DNA of 57,489 nucleotides, counting the filler, from Trypethelium eluteriae (lineage: Eukaryota), in the NCBI GenBank assembly GCA_051942245.1. It is 2 parts of 2 records of this genome, joined end to end, with 100 filler letters (N's around TTAATTAATTAA, not from the genome) between each part and the next. Parts side by side here need not be neighbours in the genome. Positions count along the whole stretch, not along the records: positions 1 to 28,701 come from JAVECL010000304.1; positions 28,802 to 57,489 come from JAVECL010000305.1. One strand, written 5' to 3'. This document shows positions 23,290-34,387 of the stretch, one piece after another. The position numbers and the translations under genes were made by a program. Each line of letters starts with the position of its first letter. The stretch's first letter is position 1. The notes below the pieces were generated by a model, which was not told where the DNA came from, searched no databases, and worked only from the letters and a program-made list of their open reading frames with translations.

Positions 23290-26200
23290 ATGCGCCTCTT
23301 TAAGCGCAAGTCTAATAATAAGCTAATGCTTTATAAGTTTAATAATAAAGATATTCCTGCTTATGCAGTTTTATCCCACACCTAGGCTATTAATAACACA
23401 GAGGAGGTTTATTATTAAGATGTTAAAGCTGGCATTAGCAAAAGCAAGGCTGGCTATAAAAAGATACAATTTTGCGCAGAATAAGCAATAATTAATAGGC
23501 TCTAATACTTTTAGGTTAATACTTATTATATTAATAAGAGAAATAATACTAAGCTTTCTAAGGCTATTACTTTAATATTCTGCTGGTATTAGAAGGCGGT
23601 ATAATATTACGTATATCTTTTTAATATGCTAATGCAAAATAATAATATAGGCACCTAGCAGCTTAATAATATATAAAAGTTGGCCTTTAAGAAGAGTTAG
23701 TGGTTTACTTAAAGCTAGATGCTATAAGAGCTGATTATACTAACTTTAATTAAGTTCTTTAACTTAAAGGGCAAGCAACTTAGTAATAAGTTAACCTTAA
23801 AAATAATAATATATAATATTACTAGGATTTTAATAGATATATTAAGACAGGGCTTATTAATTAACTTTAGCTTTTATAAAAAGATATTATGGGCATTTTA
23901 TTAATATATTAAGGAACCAGAAAATAAAGCATATTCTTTACTCAGCATTTTTAATATCTTAATACCATTGCTTTATAATAAGGGGAAGAAGAAAGTAATA
24001 AAACAGCTTTATAAAGAGATTAATAAGTTTTATAAGGGTAAGCAATCTTATTTACAGTATATTCTGCAGTAGGTAAGAGATAATACTATGTAATTTTAAA
24101 GCATTAATAAGCATAGGAGCTAAGTTTAAGCAGTTTATTATTATTTTTAGTCTTACCCATATTCCTAAAGCAGTATAACTTATTAGAAGGCAAAAAGAGC
24201 TCACAAAAATATATTAACTCCTTTATAATTATCCTAATTATTCTGCTATTATTTTAAATAATCTTGGGGGTATTAATAAAACTTAGCTGGCTATAGCATA
24301 TACTTATAGGCATAAGGAAAAATACACAGCAATATTTTGGGTAAATGTAAGTAATAAAGATTCCCTTAAGCTGAGTTTTGGCTAAATAAATTAATAAATA
24401 ATTAAAGATCAGCCTATAGCCTCTATATCTATTAATATGGACTTAGAAGACTTTAATAATATAATTAGAGCAGTTATAAACTGGCTTAATCTTTTAAAGA
24501 ACACGCACTAGCTACTAATTTATAATAATTATAATAATCCTTAATTATTTAGTAATAAAGATAAATTTATACTAAATCTCCTTTACTTTCTTTTTAAGTC
24601 TAATTATAACTTAGTTATTATTATAACATAATTATTAAGAGTGGCTTTAGGTTATTAAATATAAGTTAAGAAGTTAATAAATACTTATAATAGCCTTAAG
24701 ATCTTATTAAATACCTCTGGTTAATAGGGGATTATAAATGGTATATTATTTAAAATCTCTAAATTAAAGTTATGCTAATAAATAAAATCCTGCTGTTATA
24801 AAGCTTATTAAAGAACTTAATAACTTATTACTTATTTTATTAATAGCTAGTGCATATTTAAAGCAGGTAATAATAACTTTCTTTAAATATCTTTAATTAT
24901 ATAAGATATTATAATTAAAATTATAGATTACTAGTCCCTAATTAACCTTATATAAAGATTAATTATTATATATAATATGGCAGCTATTACTTAATTAAAT
25001 TAAATAATAAAATATGCTGTTAGCCAGGTTGCTTAAGCTATGGGCGTACTTTAACTGATATAATATTTAGTTTAAGCTTCTCTAATATAAATACTCTGCT
25101 AATAATAATTAGATGCAATTATTTATTAAAGATATAATTAGCTTTAATATAGCAGTTAGGATACTATGCAATTATAGACTGGTTAATGCGGATTTATCTC
25201 TCCACAAAACTATAGGATTAGGCAGGTATAATATGCATAGCTATGTATATTTATAAACTGTTTCTGTGTTAAATAAGGACTGGGATAAAAGTTTAGCAAA
25301 GCTAGTATTAATTTGTATTACTTTAGAGGTTCCTAATAATAAGAAGAATAAGTAGTAGCTACTTTAGCAGCGGCTTCTTACTTATACTATAAAACATAAT
25401 AATTTTATAGCAAATAGCAAAGTAAATATAGCTGGAATGGAATAGACTCTGCACAGCCTTAGTAGCCTTTACACTAACTAAGGTAAGCTGGCAGAGGCAG
25501 AGAGGATGTATATATAAGCGCTGCAAGGAAGGGAGGAGGTACTAAGACTAAAGCACACATTAATACTTAATACAGTTAATAACCTAGGCATCCTTTACGC
25601 TGACTAAGGCAAGCTGGTAAAGGCAGAGAGGATGTACATGTGAGTGCTATAAGAAAAGGAGGAGGCACTGGGACTGAAGCATATATTAATGCTTAATATA
25701 GTTAACAACTTAGGCAACCTCTACGCTGATTAAAGCAAGCTGGCAGAGGTAAAGGGGATGTATATGTAAGCGCTATAAGGAATAAAGGAGGTACTGGGAC
25801 TAAAGCACACATTAATGCTTTAAATAGTTAACAACCTAGGCAACCTTTACAAAAACCAAGGCAAGCTGGCAGAGGTAGAGGGGATGTATATGCGAGTGCT
25901 GCAAGGAATGGAGGAGGCACTAGGACTGAAGCACATATTAATACTCTAGACGGTTAACAACCTAGGCATCCTTTACAAAAACTAAGGCAAGCTGGCAGAG
26001 GCAGAGAGGATGTACATACAAGTGCTACAAGGAAAGGAGGAGGCACTAGGACTGAAGCACATATCAACGCTCTAGACAGTTAACAACCTAGGCATCCTCT
26101 ACGCTGACTAAGGCAAGCTGGCAGAGGCAGAGAGGATGTATATATAAGCGCTGTAAGGAAAGGAGGAGGCACTGGGACTGAAGCACATATCAACGCTCTA

Positions 26201-27110
26201 GACAGTTAACAACCTAGGCATCCTCTACGCCGACTAAGGCAAGCTGGCAGAGGCGGAGAGGATGTACATATAAGTGCTGCAAGGAAAGGAGGAGGTACTG
26301 GGACTGAAGCACACATTAATGCTTTAGACAGTCAACAACCTAGGCATCCTTTATACTAACTAAGGCAAGCTGGCAGAGGCAGAGAGGATGTACATGCGAG
26401 TGCTATAAGGAAAGGAGGAGGCACTGGGACTGAAGCACATATTAACACTTTAGATGGTCAACAACCTAGGCCTCCTCTACACTAACCAAAGCAAGCTGGC
26501 AGAGGCAGAGAGGATGTACATACAAGCGCTGTAAAGAAGGGAGGAGGCACTAGGACTAAAGCATATATTAACACTTAATACAGTTAATAACCTAGGCATC
26601 CTTTACGCTGACTAAGGCAAGCTGGCGGAGGCAGAGAGGATGTACATATAAGTGCTGCAAGGAAGGGAGGAGGCACTGGGACTAAAGCATATATTAATGC
26701 TTAATACAGTTAACAACCTAGGCAACCTTTACACTGATTAAGGCAAGCTGGTAAAGGCAGAGGAGATGTACACATAAGCACTGCAAGGGTATAAGAAGGC
26801 ACTTAGAATAAATATATTATTATATGTACTGGTTTTAAACATTATGTATAATCTCAGCATTCTTTACGCAGAAAAAAAGAGGGAAAATATAGTAATAGCA
26901 ATATATACTAAGGCATTATTTAAATTTGCTGCTGCTTAAGGATAGACCTCAAAAATTTGTTAAAAAATTAAGCAATAAATAGCAGCATTAAAGATTAAAT
27001 AGGCTAAGTTAGAAATTATTAATAAGCTGCTAATATTAAGAGCTATATAAGAACCAAAATCTTAGCTACATAAAAGCTTTAAGAAGCTTTGCTTAAAGAT
27101 AAGAAAGTAA
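23290..27110 (+). pseudogene. Fungal NLR with HET - NB-ARC - TPR architecture, destroyed by RIP
   Basis: HET domain: MRLF..IPAYAVLSHT*..EEVYY*D..KAGYKKIQFCAE*A..L*YF*VNTYYINK..FKKS*WFT*S*ML*EL..EPENKAYSLLSIF. P-loop NLGGINKT*LA (from GLGGIGKTQLA) near 24260-24290. Walker B LLIYNNYN near 24510-24535. TPR array follows, with an in-frame TAA at 27108-27110. Confidence 0.9.
25449..26830 (+). repeat. Eleven tandem 126-bp (42-aa) high-identity TPR repeats
   Basis: The CTGG anchor of AAGCTGG recurs exactly every 126 bp (25488, 25614, 25740 ... 26748). Unit is approximately GKLAEAERMYMRALQGKEEALGLKHTSTLxTVNNLGxLYxDQ. Confidence 0.95.
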
Positions 27111-28701
27111 TTTTATAAATAAAAAAATATTTTTGGAAATACCAGTCTAATGTAAAGAGCTTACTTATATTAAAAGTTACTTTAAAGGATTAAATTATTA
27201 ATTTTTATTTGCAAATTACCTTAATCCTTATAATAAGCATAAATAGTAGGTGCAAGATAATATCTAATAAGCCATAGGCTTACCAGCTACATTAAGCTAT
27301 TATAGCCTGCATTAAGTACATTATATTATAATTATTATATATAAATTAAGGGTTTATTTTCCACTAGCTGCAACTAGTAATTGTATCAGTTGGAGGTACC
27401 AGAGTCCCCTTATAGGCCAGTGTGACCTAAAAGGGAGTAGGAATCAAAGAAACCAGCGCTCGTAAGCATTAATGAATTGAATAAAAATGAATAAAGCTGC
27501 ATAAGCATGCATAAGCGTGAATCAGACAATAGTTGATTCTTCACTTTGACTTGTCCATACGCGTGTACTAACCCTAAAACGGTCTAGCTGTGCGCGTTTA
27601 AAATTAAAATTCCATATAGCCGATCCAATCTACTTCTTCTTCTCTCCATAAACAGCAGCGTTATATTTTAGCCCTAGCTTTGTACAAAGCTTGCCAAATC
27701 AGGCAAATAAGACCTTTTTGAGCATTAATTAGTTAATAAATATTATAGATCAGTAACCACCACTACCGCTGCCTCCAACTTGTGAGTTTAAAGCTTTAGA
27801 TAAACCCTTAAACAAAACTTTATATAATAAGAATATACGCTAATATTATATAAAATAATAACAATAATAATAATAACAACAATGTAAGTATTTTTTATTT
27901 CGTACAATGCTTCTCAAAATAATTTTGCTAACTTCCTTTGTACGATAGGGCTGCTCCTGCTACTCCTGCTGCTCCTGCCCCCCCTATTGCTGCTGTCCTC
28001 GCCGCTTCTCTCTTCTGTCCGGGCCCTGCTCCTGTTCTTGGTGTTGGAGGACAACAGCTTGCGCTGCTGACTTACAACCCTTAGGGCCTGACTGTGCTTA
28101 CAATGCCAGGGGTTAATATCCTTTTTGTACAATAAGTATAAATTAGTATTACTCCTAAGTGGATAATAAAAGCCTGGCCCTTAATAATAAATATGCTTTT
28201 AATTTAGAGCAGAAAATAATAGGAGGCAACTGCGTGTAATAAATATGTATAATATAATTTTACTCCCTTTTTAAAATATTGCTATATATAAGGCTATTTT
28301 GGAGGGGTGTGTGCTAATTATAAATAGCGGGATTATGCTCTATATTATAATTATTATATATAAGCACCTTTATCCCCTCCTTTTTTATCTTTAAATAAAG
28401 ATTCCTCTAAAAATAATGGGCCTAATTATATAAATCCTAAGGAGGATGATAAGGGGAATAATAAGGATTCCTAATTTATAGAGTTACTTATAGAGTTATT
28501 TTGTACTAGAGCTTATTAAAGGTGGGTAATTATGCTTATTTCTTCTTAATAATACATTAGGAGACCTTTATATAAATCTTTTTATGTTTATATAATACCA
28601 GTTGCTTTTTTTATAAGTATATATAATATCTTTTTTATTTATAAGTATATTTTCCTTTATTTTTATATAATATAAATACTTAATTATGTACCCCCCTAAG
28701 C

Positions 28702-28801
28702 NNNNNNNNNNNNNNNNNNNNNNNNNNNNNNNNNNNNNNNNNNNNTTAATTAATTAANNNNNNNNNNNNNNNNNNNNNNNNNNNNNNNNNNNNNNNNNNN
28801 N
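28702..28801. other. Artificial assembly gap/linker (44 N + TTAATTAATTAA + 44 N)
   Basis: Exactly 100 bp with a central six-frame stop linker. Composition changes abruptly across it and the gene on the right is truncated. Confidence 0.95.
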
Positions 28802-31635
28802 CTCTGCGGGAATTGCGACATGTATTGTGGAGTTGGGACCCCCATGGCGCCGGCGCTGGCTTGGCTGGTCGTGAGGGCCGTGCTGTTGGCGGAGGACGGA
28901 GACATGGCGGAGGCAGAGTTGACGGTGCTGACTTGTTGCTGGAGAGTGTCGAGTTTGTTTGTTGTCTCACCGAGGCGTTTCTCGAGGCTGTGGACTGCCT
29001 TCGCAAGGCTCTGGTTCGTCTTGGCGAGATCAGCGACGTTGCTTGCCATTGTGCCTTTCACGGCGTTGCTGAGTTCAGCGATAGATTTGATCGTGGTTTC
29101 CATTTCGCTGCTCATGCGACCGATGTGGTGTTCGACACCTTGGAGGTGTTCGCGCAGATCGCCATAGTGGGTTTCGCTTTCTTTGGAGTTCTCGTCCAGC
29201 TTACGCATCAGACTGCTGAACTGACTATCACGTGTAGATGTCACTGATGTGAGACGCGTCGCAACTTGCTCGAGATGATGATGTACAACATCGAAGTGCG
29301 TGAGAATGTGGCTTCCATCTGGAAGCGTGGCAGAAAGTGGGACGGGTGGAAGAGAGCCATGGCTTTGGTCGCCCATGTTGTTACTGTCGTGACCGCGCCC
29401 GTAGAGGGGTGTGGGTATCGCAGACGGGAACTGTGGAAGACCGAAATGGCCTGGACTCTGACTATCAAGGAAGAAGTTGGTGGGATTCCCGAGTTGAGCG
29501 AAATGTAGACCTGGAAATGACTCGGCCGGCTGTCCAGCGTGGGGAACTTGATCAGCTTGGATCGTACTTGGCACCGACGGCAAGTCTTGAAAAGGCTTTG
29601 TGGGTGTCTTGATGCTGCGAATTCCCAGTTGCTCGATACCGGTCCGCCTAATATATTGGTAAGCAGAGTAAGAATTGAGCATACGTGAAGTGACCTACAT
29701 GTTGCTCACAGAATCATCGTGTCCAGAACCTGTGTTGCTCTCTGCGCAATCGTTTTCACAGAACGATTTGGACGGCCCAGACTGTGAGCGGGCGCGGACC
29801 ATGTCGCTTTGTTCGTTGAACGTTGCTGAAGGCGACTCTCCAGTGTCTGTCACAGGTGGCCGAGCACGCGACACACTTGTTGCGGGCGGTTCAAAGGTCA
29901 GGCTGCCGACTCCTGAAGTCACTTCGCTTGGCTCGCCGCGGAAAACAACGGGAAGCGTTGCTTGACTTGGCTTTTGGCTTGTAGTTTTCTGGCTAATGGA
30001 GAAGTTGCGAGTGTGAGGTGCAGGGGGGAGAATACAAGGAGGTATACGTCGCTGTGGAAATGTCGTTAGTCATTTGCAAAGCGTGAACGGGAGTTGTGTG
30101 AAGAAGTATTTGAAGATTGGTGTTTGTGAGTGATAAGTGAATGACCGAAGTCTTCGCTACCTCCCAATCGCGCACTTACTCACCTCGTAAGCGTACGTCC
30201 GCGGCGCTGTCCTCAAATCTTGTCGCGATGTATTTTGGACGGAGTAAATGGAAGGCGAGTAGATATCTGTGGAATACACTGTTGGCGGAAGTCGACCCCC
30301 AGGAAGGAGCCCTTGCGTTGCCCAAGCGTGCTCTTGCTCACCGTCGCTCCATCTTCCACTTCGTCTACGGAATGACTGCCCACCCAAACTGCTCTTACCA
30401 TCATCGTCCCCAACAATGTCAAGCGCAGCGCGCATTGAGTATGTGCTTGGAACCTTCTCGATCGTGGTGACATGCTCTTTGGTTGCGAATCCACCGCCAC
30501 GAGTTGGACTCCGATTCCCCGGATCGACAAGGACTTCAGTTTTTGATTGGGTAGTTGGATCGACTGGCAGCTCAAAAGTCCCCAGGAACTCAGGCAGCCT
30601 CTTTGGCCTACTCGGAATGTGCACCTTCAATTTTGGAGGCGTGTCCTTTGAGGGCGGCGTAGGTGGTCCAGTCTTCAGACTCTCTCCGTCCTGCTCCTCT
30701 AAGTATTTGAGACTCCGGGAATGGGCAAGCACTGATGACGCAGGAGGATAGGTTGATACAGATCCATCATGCTTGATGCTTACTTTATTTGGGATGTGCG
30801 AGGCTATATCTGCCGGGTCCAAAGGAATGGCATTTGCATCTCGGCGTGCCCTGTCACTGAATCGCGCAGGTACGGACGCTGAGGGCTTCGCGGCCTTCTT
30901 ATTCTTCTTGGGTGTAGTCTGAGTCTGGATCCTAGTCGGTTCTGAACTCAATGTGCCAAAGAATTGAGCAGCTTTGGGAGGAACATTGTCCGACATGGTC
31001 TTGAGTTTGGGCTCTTCGAAGTGCGGCTTAGAAAAGTTCGGTAGAGGAATACCAAGCTTATCGAAGAATCGTTTGGTGGGGCTCTTGGGGCGATCATGCT
31101 GGATGGTCTTGATGTGGGGCTTGTTCGGAGTGGATCTGGCATTAGCTGAAAAGGTCTCTGCCTCAGTTGGTGAAGGAGTAGAGGGCGCTTGGCCCATCAT
31201 CTTCTGAAGACGCTTTTCAGTTTTGTGCTCGAGGGACTCGCGTGCAGTCGGCTGCACATGTTCCTTGTTCTTAGGAATGAGCTCCAGATCCTCCATGGGT
31301 GAGACGGGTTGTGAAGTTTCATGACTCGCACTGGCAGCAATGAGCGATGATATCGTGGTCATTGCTGGAGATATCTCTGGCTCGCTACGGCCATCTTTGA
31401 TCTGGGGACCAGTACCGTCTTTTTCAAAGACTGGATTTCCGGCCATGGTTTGTTTCTGATTGTACCAAAAGTTGCCGTCGCGGCGGTGTCGTTCGTGTCG
31501 AGCTTTTTCTTCTCTCTTTTGGACAGCAAATGTATTGTCGCGTGGTACCGGACGCGTCTCACTTGGTCTTCTGAACTCGACTTTCTTAGGAGAGAATATT
31601 TGAGCTGATGGAGAAATCGGCTGATCGGGTAGCAT
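28802..31635 (-). CDS. Large low-complexity hypothetical protein with C-terminal coiled coil; 3' end lost in the gap
   Basis: ORFs 30157-31800, 29695-29922 and 28750-29682 are joined by introns 30183-30052 (GTGAGT..GACTAAC..CAG) and about 29698-29648. Probable ATG at 31635 (MLPDQPISPS). Confidence 0.7.
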
Positions 31636-32418
31636 TTCCAACCTATGTGGAGGCACTATCGTGGTTAAGTACAGCCATGACATGAAGGATCCTGAATAGA
31701 AAAAGAAAATGGAGTCTTTGTTATTGTTGTTTGTGTGAGATTTGCATTGTTGTGCCTGCGGTGTTCCTGCAGCATAGCGCGATGTCGGTGATGAACGCAA
31801 CCTGTTACAACACGATCAGTTGCGTGTGCTCTCTGCTCGAGCAGCAAGCTCCCTTGCCCTATTTTGAATCCTTCTTATCTGATTGCCCTGACACGGATAC
31901 GGACCAACGAGTGTCTGCCTATGTTATTTGGAGTTTAGTGACAGAGTCATTAGCATCAGAAGTACCTCGTAGGCTGACGAATTTCTCTCTTGCGAACGGG
32001 AGACAATCGTTTTGTCCAATTGAAATAAAAAATGAGGTATAAACGCGCCTATTCTCCGGAATATTGCGATCCTTAATGGTGTTGAGTCTGCAGCCTAAAC
32101 CGTCGAAACTGGGTTGCACAGAAAGGGGTCCCATGCACGGGGAACGGCGAAGCGAATCCAAGGTGAAGAGATAACTTTCAGCATGTGTATTGGTCTGCCT
32201 GAATGACTACCAAAGGCAGAACAGAAAGACATAAGCAGGAAACGCTACCCACAAAACGCCATCCTATCTCAAGCTCCAATGATCATCCGCAGCTTAGCAC
32301 GCCTCTCTCGATATGCGGTATTCTGGAGCTATGGCGAACATGCTGGGATGTGCCAGCAACATCGTCTCTCGAAGGCGAGCGGTAACATCGAGCGAAAGGA
32401 CATGTAGAAATTTCGGAA

Positions 32419-33324
<906 letters not shown>

Positions 33325-34387
33325 CTAGCAGCTCGTCGGTCCTGCGAGCCCGTTCGATCTCTTGTAGACCTGAAAGTTGTCACGGAAAGCAGTCGTCTGG
33401 AGCTCGTGGGTTGATTGAAGCAGATGCAGAAAGGATTATCGCTTGACGTAAGTCTAGACGTTGGATGCGGCTAAATGGGGATTGGCTGGCTCGTCGATCA
33501 GGGAGCGGTGGAACGTCCAAGTGTCTTCTTAACAACGCTCCGGCGCAATTCGAGGGCTAAGCCCACCTCAATGCTTCCGGACGGGAACAATTGCGTTGGA
33601 CTCGGTCGTGGAGGACACTTACGATAGAGGACGAGTATTTCCAAGTTGCGCGGAGCAGGTTCAAGCCGAAAGACGCGTGTGGTGATGGCAGGCGAGGCGG
33701 GATTGGCTCCACCGTTGAACTCGAAACGCAGGGCTCCACCCAATGCTTCGGAGGACCCTGGGGCGGAGATGCTGCTGTCGTACGGAGTACGGGTCTGCGA
33801 GTCGGGGTGGAGGGAAGGAGCAGGGCGGCGAGGTCAAGGTTGGACCAAAGTTTGAGAGTTGGCAAGGTTGGCAGGGGGAGTTAGCTTGAGAGAGGCGCGT
33901 ACGCGAGACGGACAGACGTTGACACCTCGAATTTGCAAAGCAGAACTGGCGTTCCTAATCCACCCAAGCAAGCGTGATGCCTCTAAGGAGAGGGAAAAGG
34001 CAAGATGTAGAAGCATGTGCGCCAGAGGTCTTGGCCCAACCTTGGTGTTTTGGGTCGTGGATAAACGATCAGAGTGTTACCAAAAGGACGTGTGCCTATT
34101 CTATCTAATTGGCCAGTCCGCTTCTTGCGCTTAATGGCTTATTTGGCCGCTTGGGTAACCGCGCTTTTCTAGGCGCTCACTGCTTCTGACCGAGTCTATC
34201 TTGGGCAGTATTACTCATATAACATATCGAAAGACTTCACGATGATGCGATTTCAACCGTCAAAGCGCTTGTTAAAGGCCATATAAGAAGTCAGACTGAC
34301 TGAGTTGCTTTCAAAATAAGGTCTAAAGGCTGACTGGGATGGAGTGGTATTAGGTAGTATGATATCAGTGCGAGTTGTTTTCCTACC

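Larger units (their letters stand above)
11640..28701. other. Heavily RIP-mutated AT-rich block
   Basis: Strong TpA excess and CpA/TpG depletion. Almost no ORF over 60 aa, yet gene relics can be read through TAA/TAG stops. Confidence 0.95.

Noticed and set aside
27568..27577. Telomere-like CTAACCCTAA
   Set aside because: Under two repeat units; expected by chance in AT-rich DNA.
27914..28132. 72-aa minus-strand ORF
   Set aside because: Low-complexity CTG/CTC-rich patch within RIP DNA; no recognisable domain and uncertain frame.
11640..28701. A Starship captain (DUF3435 tyrosine recombinase) hidden in the RIP block
   Set aside because: No catalytic-region pattern of the R...H/YxxR...H...Y type was readable in the frames I translated. 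It cannot be fully excluded without an HMM on de-RIPed sequence.
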